DNA of 64,000 nucleotides, taken from the NCBI GenBank assembly GCA_038523235.1, contig JBCBJQ010000003.1, forward strand, positions 1 through 64,000, read 5' to 3'. Positions within the stretch are counted from its first letter, which is position 1. Each line of letters begins with the position of its first letter. The notes beneath the pieces were generated by a model. That model saw nothing but the letters and a program-made list of their open reading frames with translations. It ran no database searches and was not told where the DNA came from. This DNA is from Cyanobacteria bacterium J06626_4 (lineage in GTDB: Bacteria > Cyanobacteriota > Cyanobacteriia > Phormidesmidales > Phormidesmidaceae). Below are positions 42,864 through 52,703 of this stretch, piece after piece. The position numbers were made by a program, and so were the translations under genes.

Positions 42864-43160
42864 GTAAGCTCTCAATGACTCGCGAGGGCTCATCCAATGG
42901 CTGGGCCCTCGCGATTAAATAGCAGCTAAATCATGAATAGCGGCAACCTCAACTAGCCAGAGAGGTTGTCCTGACAGCAAAGGCCAGTACTAGATGCTGG
43001 TCTTTTGTGCTTGCAATATCACGATATGAAACTGAGTTGCCTAGTCAACAGATCGAGATGGGGCGTCGTCGTTCACCCTGACATCAGCGCAACCTAAGCA
43101 ATGATCAGCGTCTGTTCAGACAGTGTGCAAAGTTTATGGGAGTAGCAAGTCTCACGCCTT

Positions 43161-43203
43161 AAAAAGTTAGTAGCGGCCAGAGGAATCTCCCTGACCGCTA
43201 CTA
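43161..43203 (-). terminator. Intrinsic terminator for the riboswitch-led small ORF
   Basis: tagtagcgg...ccgctacta stem followed on the minus strand by a T-tract (aaaaa at 43161-43165). Confidence 0.7.
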
Positions 43204-43252
43204 TGAGGTATTTTCGAGAATCAGCAAATACGATCAGGTTGACCTAAGCAGT

Positions 43253-43381
43253 TCACTGCGCCGGTGTCTCTGTGTGGAATGGGCTTAGCAATACCCAACA
43301 CAGAACGGGAGATAGTACCGTCGCCATGACGCTAACCAAACCAACGATTTCTAGACCTTGAACTAACGAAGTACTCAGCAT
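43253..43381 (-). CDS. Unannotated 42-aa hydrophobic small protein downstream of a glutamine riboswitch
   Basis: GGAGG 7 nt before the ATG; MLSTSLVQGLEIVGLVSVMATVLSPVLCWVLLSPFHTETPAQ*. Confidence 0.75.
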   Translation of the reverse strand: MLSTSLVQGLEIVGLVSVMATVLSPVLCWVLLSPFHTETPAQ

Positions 43382-43418
43382 GTTTCCGCCTCCAAAATGT
43401 CGAAAAGTTAAATGGGGG

Positions 43419-43499
43419 CGCGTTCCTTCGGGAAATTTCCCTACTTCCGTCCTCGTTTCTCATGACTGGCGAAACGCCGTTGAGAACGAGGGTGAACGT
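43419..43499 (-). ncRNA. glnA-motif glutamine riboswitch (glutamine-I class)
   Basis: Minus strand: CGTTCA-ccctcgttctca...tgagaaacgagg-ACGGAAGTAG-ggaaatttcc-CGAAGGAACGCG. P1 CGTTC/GAACG, long P2, E-loop and P3. Confidence 0.9.
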
Positions 43500-43976
43500 G
43501 AATCTGTATATTTCTATTATTACTATTTTTAATCCAAATGGGTAATTCCTTGACTAAACTTCATGCTGGCCCAGTCATTTTGAAGCGATCACTGCAGATT
43601 TTTTTGAGTAGACAGACAGTTTTTTACTCGGTATGGCCTTGCCGCTTGAGGGCTCCAAGGGTGAACCAGATGTGATATGGGAAGCCGACTAAATCATGAG
43701 TATCTTCTTAAAGTGGGCTTCGCCTTCAAAGAAGATAGGCTGATGACCATATCCCGCACAACTCTCGAGCCGCACGAGAAACACGGAGCAACTTATTGAA
43801 AGTAGCCTCTATCGAAAAACTTACCCCCGGCACGAATGCTCTACCGCCTCCCCTGATGGAGCGGTATTGGCGGAACCAACATGCTGCAGGGAATGAAGAG
43901 CGCTAGATTCTGTGACTGTTCAGGGCTCCGGTCAGGCTTAACCGACACTGACTTAACCAATAAAAACTTAACCCAT

Positions 43977-44018
43977 AAAAAATCGCCCCGGTTGCTGAAA
44001 TACGGCAACCAGAGCGAT
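43977..44018 (-). terminator. Intrinsic terminator after the DEAD-box helicase
   Basis: atcgc..ggttgc / gcaacc..gcgat stem with T-tract on the minus strand. Confidence 0.65.
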
Positions 44019-44050
44019 GTAACAAAGCGTCTATCTACAGAGCACCGCAG

Positions 44051-45391
44051 TTATGCACGCTCGCGGCTTTCCCGAGCTGATGACGCTTTCTTGAGAACAG
44101 GAGGAGTGGTGGAATTTGGCCCCCGCTTGGAACGAGAAGGACGACTGCTGTAACCACCATCAGAACGTCGTGACCCGCTCCCGCGAGAATAGCGACCACC
44201 GCCGCTGCGACCACGAGGCGGACGCTTGGCACCGGGAATCGGTTCTGGCGCGATCGATGGGTCAGGCTCATAACCAGGAATTACCGTCGTCGGAATGTCC
44301 CGCTTGAGGAGGCGCTCAATGTTGCGGAGCAAATAATGCTCATCAACACAGACCAGGGAGACCGCATCGCCCTCGTTGCCAGCTCGACCGGTACGGCCAA
44401 TTCGGTGCACATAATCTTCGGCCACGTTGGGCAGGTCAAAGTTGACGACGTGGGGCAGCTCATCAATGTCGAGGCCACGAGCCGCAACATCGGTCGCTAC
44501 CAAGACGCGAACCTTGCCACGCTTGAAAGAGTCAAGTGCCCGAGCCCGTGCTCCTTGGCTCTTGTTGCCGTGGATAGTGTCGGAGCTGAGGCCATCACTT
44601 TTTAGCTGTTCGGCCAAGCGATTTGCCCCGTGCTTGGTGCGCGTGAAAACCAGAACACGACGCCAGTTTTGAGCTCCAATCATATGAGACAACAGCTCAC
44701 GTTTGCGATGCCGGTCAACGGGGTGCACTACTTGGGTGACGTTCTCGGCGACGGCATTGGTTCGAGCAACCTCAATGACCTTGGGTGAGTCGAGCAGATC
44801 GTCTGCCAATCGCTTGATTTGCCGCGAGAACGTAGCGGAGAAGAGCAGTGTCTGTCGTTGCGACGAAGTGTGCTCAATAATCTTACGAATATCGTGGATA
44901 AAGCCCATGTCGAGCATGCGGTCAGCTTCGTCCAAAACCAACATATCGACAGCCGATAAATCGACAGTGCCTTGGCCCAAGTGGTCTAACAAACGACCTG
45001 GTGTCGCCACCAGTACGTCAACCCCTCGACGGAGACGACCAATTTGCGGCCCCATTCTGACCCCGCCGTAAACGGAGGCGACTCTCAGAGGCATATATTT
45101 GCCATAGGTTTTGATGCTGCTCTCAACTTGAGCTGCCAACTCGCGAGTTGGTGTCAAAACCAGGGCTCGAATCTGACGATTACGGGCTTGGTTGCCGCTC
45201 GCTAAAAGATGAAGGATGGGCAAAGTAAAGCTGGCAGTTTTGCCAGTTCCAGTTTGGGCACTGGCCAAGACGTCATGCTTCGCTAAAACGGCAGGAATGG
45301 CTTCTGCTTGAATAGGCGTTGGTGACTCGTAACCTTCATCAGCGATCGCGCGTAGCAGCTTGTCAGACAAGCCAAGAGATTCAAATGACAT
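44051..45391 (-). CDS. DEAD-box RNA helicase, RhlE-like
   Basis: Q motif [39 protein letters not shown]; Arg/Gly/Ser-rich tail. Confidence 0.96.
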   Translation of the reverse strand: MSFESLGLSDKLLRAIADEGYESPTPIQAEAIPAVLAKHDVLASAQTGTGKTASFTLPILHLLASGNQARNRQIRALVLTPTRELAAQVESSIKTYGKYMPLRVASVYGGVRMGPQIGRLRRGVDVLVATPGRLLDHLGQGTVDLSAVDMLVLDEADRMLDMGFIHDIRKIIEHTSSQRQTLLFSATFSRQIKRLADDLLDSPKVIEVARTNAVAENVTQVVHPVDRHRKRELLSHMIGAQNWRRVLVFTRTKHGANRLAEQLKSDGLSSDTIHGNKSQGARARALDSFKRGKVRVLVATDVAARGLDIDELPHVVNFDLPNVAEDYVHRIGRTGRAGNEGDAVSLVCVDEHYLLRNIERLLKRDIPTTVIPGYEPDPSIAPEPIPGAKRPPRGRSGGGRYSRGSGSRRSDGGYSSRPSRSKRGPNSTTPPVLKKASSARESRERA

Positions 45392-45715
45392 ACAGTGTGT
45401 AATTCCGGTGAGCGCCTACCCCAAGCAATAGATTGAGGCCAGTCTAGGCGATGTATGGCTAAGACCCCATACGAATGGGGTTAAGAGGTGCAGACCAGAA
45501 TGCACCCTATAGGAATCTATATTAACGTAATGTAACAATCTGCCAAGTGCTTACTCCAACTTTATCCAGACTTAGGAAGCCAAAGAGCTTAGTCTTAGAT
45601 GGGCTAAACCCAATCCAGAGCAGGCGTCACATCTCTTCAGAACATCCAAGATCCGACTTGACAGCTTGACAAGTTTAACACCAAATATTGCTTTCAGGGG
45701 GCTGGAAGACGATGC

Positions 45716-46423
45716 CTAATCGTCATCAGTCACCAGTCCATGCTCCAAGGCATAGCGAACCAGTTCAGTTCGACTGTTAGTGCCAGTTTTGCTAAACAGG
45801 CGGCTGACATATTTCTCGACGTTGCGGACGCTGGTTTCGAGTCGGCTGGCAATCTCTTTGTTCATCAAGCCCTCAGCGACCCGATTGAGCACATCTTGCT
45901 CGCGGGGCGTAAAATCGATGCGAATCGGCGGGGGCGTTTTGGTGATGCCCCCTTTTTGGGTCAGTAAGGCTTTGATCTCCTCGATTTGTTTGGCCATGGC
46001 GGCAATATCAGGCAGGTCGCCGCCGGTAGGCGTGCGGGATACCTGTCGATCAATTAAGTTAGTGACGATCGCGACTAGTTCTTCGGGATCAAAGGGTTTA
46101 GGCAGGTAAGCATCAACGCCGGCGCTATAGCCCTGAATGCGATCACTAGTCATGCCTCTGGCAGTTAAAAATACGACCGGCAAAGACTTGTAGCGCGGAT
46201 CTTCACGGACCTGTTGGAGAAACTGATAGCCGTCAACCTGGGGCATCATGATGTCAGAAATGAGCACGTCGGGCGTTGAAACCTGCAGTTTGTCCCACCC
46301 TTCGGAAGCGTTGCTCGCGGCTTCTACCGTAAAGCCACTGTCTTCGAGGTAGGCTTGCACGGCCTCTCGCAGACCCGCTTCGTCGTCCACTAAGAGGACT
46401 TTTCCCGTTGTTTCTTCACTCAT
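45716..46423 (-). CDS. ycf29: NarL/LuxR response regulator, Ycf29/Rre1-like
   Basis: LLVDDEAGLREAVQAYLED, FLTARGMTSDRIQGY and HTH VRNVEKYVSRLFSKTGTNSRTELVR. Confidence 0.85.
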   Translation of the reverse strand: MSEETTGKVLLVDDEAGLREAVQAYLEDSGFTVEAASNASEGWDKLQVSTPDVLISDIMMPQVDGYQFLQQVREDPRYKSLPVVFLTARGMTSDRIQGYSAGVDAYLPKPFDPEELVAIVTNLIDRQVSRTPTGGDLPDIAAMAKQIEEIKALLTQKGGITKTPPPIRIDFTPREQDVLNRVAEGLMNKEIASRLETSVRNVEKYVSRLFSKTGTNSRTELVRYALEHGLVTDDD

Positions 46424-46530
46424 GACCCAAACCTATATGCCGCTTTTCCTTCAATTACTGTAGCGCCAACTGTCCGCCGCCTCTCATTCCGATTGCGCAC
46501 AGGGATGTTACCCCGGTTGCGGCCCAAAGA

Positions 46531-47292
46531 GTGACTCCTCAGGATGATCCGAGCCGCACTAAGACTCTCAAAGACAAGATGATGAAGACAGATGATTTTG
46601 ATAGTCTACTGCCAGATCCTCAGGCAGGTTCTGAGGCAATCACGGCGTTAACTCAAAGGGGTGTGATGGAGCTAAGCGAACAGTTTAGGCAGCTGAGTCA
46701 ATGTCTGGCAGGCGTTTTTCAAAACCGCGAGCAGGCCTTGGCCGATCCGGTTTGGTTCGTGCATTTCAAGCTTTGGAGCTGTCCGATTCCTCTGTTTGCT
46801 GAAGACAGCGCCACCTTTTTTCTGGAGCAGGCCAGTGCCACCTATGCACAACCGCCCTATCGTCAGCGCATATTACGGGTGCAGGCAACGGCAGACTCTC
46901 TCACCGCCGAATATTACGCCCTGAAGGAACGGCTGGCGTGGCAAGGCGCAGCCCAGTCTCCAGAACGATTAAAGACTTTGACCCCAGAACATTTACAACC
47001 GTTGTCAGGCAGCCGGTTGCCCATTACGGTCTACGCCGAGGGCAATACCACTCGCTTTGCAGCACGGCAGCAAGCCAACGAACTTTGCCAGTTTGACATG
47101 AATGGGGAAGTGAAATTCGTAGAGTTGGCCTTTGACGCAATTGCCCCAGCCGCGTCGAGTACTGCCAGCGCTGCATTCTGGATGTATGACAAAGGGATTG
47201 ATCCCGCCACGGGAAAAGCCACCTGGGGAGCCAAGAACGGCCCTTTTAAACTGGTCAAGATACAAGATTTCAGCGCTACCCTCTCGCGATGA
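46531..47292 (+). CDS. CpcT/CpeT-family chromophore lyase
   Basis: FQNREQALADPVWFVH, PYRQR and DKGIDP...WG...GPF motifs; start uncertain. Confidence 0.85.
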   Translation: MTPQDDPSRTKTLKDKMMKTDDFDSLLPDPQAGSEAITALTQRGVMELSEQFRQLSQCLAGVFQNREQALADPVWFVHFKLWSCPIPLFAEDSATFFLEQASATYAQPPYRQRILRVQATADSLTAEYYALKERLAWQGAAQSPERLKTLTPEHLQPLSGSRLPITVYAEGNTTRFAARQQANELCQFDMNGEVKFVELAFDAIAPAASSTASAAFWMYDKGIDPATGKATWGAKNGPFKLVKIQDFSATLSR

Positions 47293-47339
47293 ATGTGTTC
47301 CGAAAATACGGTCAAGGTTGGCTTTAGCGTTAACGCACT

Positions 47340-47831
47340 CTATTGATCCGGATCACTTAGCTGAATCAAGGGTTGGCAAAGAACCGGAAAATTCATCGAG
47401 TTGGCAATAAAGCAAAAATTATGCGCTTGCTCGTGCAGTTGTTCGGCTTGTTGGATGTCACTACTGGGGGCAACTGTCACCACTGGTTTGAGGACAACTT
47501 CAGAGAATTTGCCGCTACCGTCTTCGGTCTCAGCCATCGTCCCCACTGCCCGATCAACATAGTGAGTGACGACAATGGAGGCTGCAGAGCAGAGATGCAG
47601 GTACCAGAGCATGTGGCAAGCTGAGAGCGAAGCCACTAATAATTCCTCAGGGTTGTACTGGGTTTTATCGCCTCGGAAAGCTGGGTCAGATGACCCGAAA
47701 ATCACAGGTTTACCTGCGACTGAAATTTCATGCGATCGCGCATAACTTCGATAGCTGGCAGTTCCCTGACCCCGATTGCCCGTCCATAAAACATGAGTTT
47801 CGTAATGATGAGTCTGAGGTGTTTTAGTCAC
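47340..47831 (-). CDS. OsmC family protein
   Basis: NPEELLVASLSACHMLWYL and AHNFCFIANS motifs. Confidence 0.93.
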   Translation of the reverse strand: MTKTPQTHHYETHVLWTGNRGQGTASYRSYARSHEISVAGKPVIFGSSDPAFRGDKTQYNPEELLVASLSACHMLWYLHLCSAASIVVTHYVDRAVGTMAETEDGSGKFSEVVLKPVVTVAPSSDIQQAEQLHEQAHNFCFIANSMNFPVLCQPLIQLSDPDQ

Positions 47832-48245
47832 CGCGTCTTGCCTGCTAGTTGGGGCTGCCGGACAACTTAAAGGAGTAGATTTTTTGCGATCAATTCAGCC
47901 TGTGGCGAGTGGCGATCGCAGCATGTTTGCAGGTTATTGAAATCAAGAGACTTGTCGGTGAGATTTTTGGGTAGCTTCAAGTCGAGGTGGCCGTAAGCCA
48001 CTGAAGAGCTGCAAGCATTGGCTATTGGCATGTCCCTCATGTGAATAAGGGAGCTTGATCAGAACTTTGGGCTGATGGCCTTGAAACGTCAAGCGGCCAC
48101 TGACCATGCCAATGCGCCTCGGATCTCGAGTTGACCGCTAGCCGTCCATTCGCTGGCCGCGCAGTGCAATGGGCTTTCTGTAAGCGATAGGTACTTTAAA
48201 AAACTATGCTTTGCCTTTGTAAGGAACCGGTCCACGACTCAACGA

Positions 48246-48605
48246 TTAGCTAGCGACTTGCTTCGGTGAACCCTGCAGCGCTTCTTCTTCTGTATCGTAA
48301 ATCTCGAAGACTGAGTCCATCATCGTGACTTCAAAAACCAGCTTGGCTTCGGGATGGACACTGCAAATCCGGAAGCTCCCTTGAACCTTATCTGCATCGC
48401 GCATGCCTGCGACCAGAGACGTCAAACCAGAGCTATCGATGAAATTTACCTGACTGAGATTGATCACCAGATGAGGGCTGAGTCGCGATATACAGTCTTG
48501 AAGATTAAGCCGAAACTGCCAAGCTGTCGTGATGTCTAGACGCCCAGTGGGTGTAATCACGATAACTTGTCTACCATCGTCGGCGCTGTATGTTTTCTGA
48601 TCCAT
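48246..48605 (-). CDS. STAS domain anti-sigma factor antagonist
   Basis: GRLD and INLSQVNFIDSSGL motifs. Confidence 0.92.
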   Translation of the reverse strand: MDQKTYSADDGRQVIVITPTGRLDITTAWQFRLNLQDCISRLSPHLVINLSQVNFIDSSGLTSLVAGMRDADKVQGSFRICSVHPEAKLVFEVTMMDSVFEIYDTEEEALQGSPKQVAS

Positions 48606-49316
48606 GCTTCTAGGGGAGACCTCTGCCTTAAGATTCACCTTTGCGGATTCAATCTAACAGGCGATGTTGATCCTTGAAATATATGTTTGAGTTTGCCTCA
48701 ATGAGCTGTCGCTCAGCAAGCTAGCTGGCTGAACTACCGATGATAAATCGCAACTCAGTGCTCAGAGCACCTTAGCGATGCTCTATGTCGAATTGATTCA
48801 GGCATCAATTGTGCATAATCCGACATTTCGAAGAGCACCTATGTGCTGCTGCTGTCAAGTGCCTGAGCATACCTATGATACCCAGACTTATCAGCAATAT
48901 CATGGCGCTGCCTGACCCCAAACGTCACCGTCGTTTCAGCGACCTCTACCTGTAGCATCACACTAGCGCATTACTAGCTCAATCGACGTTAAACGCGATA
49001 CTTTAGAGCCCAACTGAATTCGTGAAGAGTCTTACATACTCAAGGTTGGACTGTTAGAGAAGGCTCATGTTTTAATCGGGCCACCCCGCTCATGAAAGTG
49101 CCGTGGTTACACAGGGCAAAAGCCTCTGACTCGTAATTCTTCAGCGCTTGTCAGTATTGACGATTGAAAGGCTTGTCTATAAACAAATACCTGATTTGAG
49201 TGTCTGATTGTAAACGACTGTTTCATTAAGGTTACATCCTGGATGTTCTGCCGGAGGGAGCCAAAACCCCGTGATACGATACGTTTCGTAGATTTGAACG
49301 ATCTGGAGAAAAGCTC

Positions 49317-50552
49317 TTGACACTGCGAGTTGCCGTTGTCGGAGGCGGGCCAGCGGGCTCCTCTGCTGCTGAAACCTTGGCCGAAGCTGGAATCGAAACG
49401 TATTTGCTTGAGCGCAAGCTAGATAATGCAAAGCCTTGCGGTGGGGCAATTCCGCTCTGCATGGTCGAAGAATTTGACCTGCCCCCCGAAATCATTGATC
49501 GTCGCGTCCGCAAGATGAAGATGATCTCGCCGTCTGATATCGAAGTGAATATCGGCAGCACTCTCAAAGACGATGAATATATCGGCATGTGTCGCCGAGA
49601 AGTCTTAGATGGCTTTTTGCGCGATCGCGCCGAAAAATCTGGTGCCAAACTCATTAACGGCACGATGCATAAGCTAGAGCTGCCTCAGGCCAGTGGTGAG
49701 CCCTATACCCTCCACTACACTGAGCATCGGCCCGATGGACTGGTTGGCGACAGCAAGCAGTTGCAGGTTGATCTGGTGATTGGGGCCGATGGGGCGAACT
49801 CTCGTGTCGCCAAAGCAATTGATGCAGGTGACTACAACTATGCGATCGCGTTTCAAGAGCGTATTCGCATCCCCGATGACAAGATGGCCTATTACGAAGA
49901 ACTCGCCGAGATGTATGTTGGCAACGACGTCTCTCCCGACTTCTACGCTTGGGTTTTCCCGAAGTATGACCACGTAGCGGTCGGTACCGGCACCATGCGA
50001 GTCAACCAGGCCAAAATCAAATCGCTGCAGGCCGGTATTCGCAAGCGGGCAGCCAAGCGCATTGAGGGTGGCGAAATCATCAAAGTTGAGGCTCACCCGA
50101 TTCCCGAGCATCCGCGTCCGCGGCGGGTTGTGGGTCGAGTCGCCCTAGTTGGCGACGCGGCAGGTACGGTGACTAAGTCTTCGGGAGAAGGCATTTACTT
50201 CGCCGCCAAGTCTGGCCGCATGTGTGCCGAAGCCGTGGTGGAATTTTCCCGCGCGGGTCAGCAAGTACCTACCGAAGCTGATCTCAAGGTTTACATCAAG
50301 CGCTGGGATCAGCAATATGGCATCACTTACCTGGTGCTGGATCTACTGCAGCGAGTGTTTTACCGCAGTGATGCTTCGCGTGAAGCGTTTGTTGAAATGT
50401 GCGCCGATATGGATGTCCAGAAGCTCACGTTTGACAGCTATCTGTACAAAACGGTCGTACCGGCTAACCCGGTGACACAGCTCAAGATTACGGCGAAAAC
50501 AGTGGGTAGTTTGCTGCGGGGCAACGCGTTATCGCCCACCCGTTCTTGGTAA
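49317..50552 (+). CDS. chlP: Geranylgeranyl diphosphate reductase ChlP
   Basis: LRVAVVGGGPAG, NAKPCGGAIPLCM, VSPDFYAWVFPK and SGEGIYFAAKSGR motifs. Confidence 0.97.
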   Translation: MTLRVAVVGGGPAGSSAAETLAEAGIETYLLERKLDNAKPCGGAIPLCMVEEFDLPPEIIDRRVRKMKMISPSDIEVNIGSTLKDDEYIGMCRREVLDGFLRDRAEKSGAKLINGTMHKLELPQASGEPYTLHYTEHRPDGLVGDSKQLQVDLVIGADGANSRVAKAIDAGDYNYAIAFQERIRIPDDKMAYYEELAEMYVGNDVSPDFYAWVFPKYDHVAVGTGTMRVNQAKIKSLQAGIRKRAAKRIEGGEIIKVEAHPIPEHPRPRRVVGRVALVGDAAGTVTKSSGEGIYFAAKSGRMCAEAVVEFSRAGQQVPTEADLKVYIKRWDQQYGITYLVLDLLQRVFYRSDASREAFVEMCADMDVQKLTFDSYLYKTVVPANPVTQLKITAKTVGSLLRGNALSPTRSW

Positions 50553-50582
50553 TCTCCTGTTCTAAACCTTGACACACTCCCC

Positions 50583-50617
50583 AAACCGTGGCGAATATAC
50601 ATTCGCCACGGTTTTTT
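50583..50617 (+). terminator. Intrinsic terminator after chlP
   Basis: aaaccgtggcgaat-atac-attcgccacggtttttt. Confidence 0.85.
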
Positions 50618-50626
50618 GTGCTTTGT

Positions 50627-50785
50627 CTGGTGCAGTGCCAAGTTTAAATTTGTGCGTTCTCAAAATTGAAGAGCAGGTGTCTTGTTTGAACGGGCATCTT
50701 GCTCGTTTGCCCGACAGGAATCAATCCGGATTGCCATCGTTCTGAAAGTCAACAACCCACAAATTGAGAACTGACAGACCACTAG
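50627..50785 (+). mobile_element. MITE-like family A, copy 2
   Basis: Near-identical to 3167-3345 but without the 20-bp duplication; ctgg...ctag ends. Confidence 0.85.
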
Positions 50786-50912
50786 GACGCGCTGCTAATT
50801 AAGCTTGCAAGCCTTACGGTATGGGCATTGCCGCGCCCGCTCCGTAAAACTGGCTAGCGGCTGAATCGCTTTCAGAATCAGGACTCAGCTGCTAAATGAT
50901 GACAGCCTCTGG
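50782..50912 (-). mobile_element. MITE-like family B, copy 2 (inverted)
   Basis: Reverse complement matches 3040-3170; shares the ctag junction with family A copy 2. Confidence 0.8.
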
Positions 50913-51068
50913 GTAAGCGTGAATGATTTGAAAATGCTGTTGTGCATGAAGGCGGTGATATTGATGGCTCCCTTTACCACCTAAGAGCGTCGCATTGCCC
51001 AGAGGCTAAAAATGAGGATCGAGAATCACCGCTAAAATAGCCATGACCGCAGTCATTACCACCTCGTT

Positions 51069-51808
51069 ATGGTTGTCTGTTACGACCCCAAATCCTACTT
51101 GCCCTCTTCTGCTGAGCTGCCTGACTCAGACGATAAGCCCGTGGATAACGAGCTCCAAAACCTGATTCCTAACTTGCTAGACGGGGTGCTAGCGATACTT
51201 GCTAGATGGGGTGCTAGCGATGATTTGGCCAGAACGGCTCGACTGTTTTTTTGGCGTTGATATGGGGATTTACTTTGACCCAAAACAGCCGGCGGTCGTT
51301 CCCGATGGGTTTTTGAGCTTGGGGGTTGAGCGATTTATTGGTGAACAGGGGCGTTTGAGCTACGTCCTGTGGGAAGAGGACAATATTGTGCCCAAGCTGG
51401 CTTTAGAAGTTGTTTCTAAAACCTACGATGGAGAGTACGAGCGTAAGCGCGAACGCTATGCCGATTTAGGCATCCGCTACTATGCGGTCTATCTACCAAA
51501 TCCGAGCCGTCGACCTCAGCGATTGCCCTTAGAAGTTTATCGTTTGGAAAATGGCGAGTATCAATTGTTGGGCGGTGACACCCCCGTTTGGCTACCGGAG
51601 ATTGGTCTGAGTTTGGGCCGCGCCAGAGGCACTTAATTTAGGCCGAGAGCGAGAATGGCTGTACTGGTATGATAAATCTGGCAATCGCCTACTAACGCCT
51701 GAGGAAAGGGCAATCCAGGCACAGGAGAGAGTTACCCAAGTGCAGGAACAGGCTGAGAAGTTAGCGGCGAAATTGCGATCGCTGGGCATTGATCCAGACG
51801 CGGTGTAA
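51069..51808 (+). pseudogene. Uma2 (PD-(D/E)XK-like) endonuclease pseudogene
   Basis: ELPDSDDKPVDNELQ, VVPDGFLSLGV, LALEVVS and REWLYWYD are spread across three ORF segments; 25-bp tandem duplication at 51172-51221 and an extra base near 51635. Confidence 0.88.
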
Positions 51809-51905
51809 GGCGATCTCGCTGGTCAACCACGCGACAATGGCGCGTTACCGACTTCTCGCCCCAAGACGTCCTCAATCAAGCGTGGCAGATTCTTGGCCAT
51901 CAGGG

Positions 51906-51921
51906 TGGCAGAAAACTGTCA
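51906..51921. promoter_or_regulatory. Palindromic operator-like site TGNCAG-N4-CTGNCA
   Basis: tggcagaaaactgtca; 15/16 identical to tggccgaaaactgtca at 55376-55391. Confidence 0.5.
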
Positions 51922-51971
51922 GTAGCTTGTCGGAAATCTGTAGCGGCAACCGCCCTCAACAGCCGTACAGT

Positions 51972-52676
51972 ATGGAGGGTAAGACTATCAGCACATTGAC
52001 GGAGCCCAGTGGCTTGGCTATCGAGATCTCAAACCATACCGAACTCTTGCGCTGGTGGCATCAATACCAAGCTCAACTGCTCAACCAGGAAACAGATTTT
52101 GTGCGTAATGGTTTACTACAGGAAATTATCGCGCAACGCCGTCGCTTAGAGGTGGCCTGTCATACTTACCCGGCCAGTCAGCCGTGCGATTGTCATACGC
52201 GATTAGCCGAGATGCAGCGGCTGTATGAGTTAGTCGAAGATTTTTGTGATCGTCTGGAATCACCCTACCAGCAAGACTCGTTGCCTTTGGCCCTGCAGTG
52301 TCTGCTGCAGCCGTGGGTGAGGCCATTAAATCTGGCGACTCACCTAGCCCCCACCTGGGGTGCTGAACCGATTGAACAGACTCGGCTGTTATTGCTATTG
52401 ACCAAGACCCTGTTGAACACCCTAAATGAGATTGACCGGCGCCCCCTCAAAACGCTATTCACTTTGGTCGATAGTGATGGCCGCAAGCAATTTTGGGTGC
52501 AGGCCGAGTATGAATCACCTTTAGCACTGACTTTCGCTAACCCCATTGAGCAAGCGCTGCAGCCCTTTTTAGACACCTTTCGGCTGTTGGCCCAGGCCGA
52601 CTGTGACCAGATGTTTCAGACCCATCAGTTCTCTTTAAAGCTCAGTTGGCGATCGCCAGCGCTAGCCACGTCTTAA
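51972..52676 (+). CDS. Hypothetical protein resembling a degenerate HisKA_3-type kinase (no phospho-His)
   Basis: DFVRNGLLQEI aligns by eye to DAIHNGPLQTL of the downstream kinase; no recognisable N or G boxes. Confidence 0.65.
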   Translation: MEGKTISTLTEPSGLAIEISNHTELLRWWHQYQAQLLNQETDFVRNGLLQEIIAQRRRLEVACHTYPASQPCDCHTRLAEMQRLYELVEDFCDRLESPYQQDSLPLALQCLLQPWVRPLNLATHLAPTWGAEPIEQTRLLLLLTKTLLNTLNEIDRRPLKTLFTLVDSDGRKQFWVQAEYESPLALTFANPIEQALQPFLDTFRLLAQADCDQMFQTHQFSLKLSWRSPALATS

Positions 52677-52703
52677 CCTCTGTCGTAACCGCTTACCCCC
52701 ACT

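Noticed and set aside
43500..43530. NtcA site in the promoter of the riboswitch-led gene
   Set aside because: gta...tac is spaced by 12 nt rather than the canonical 8.
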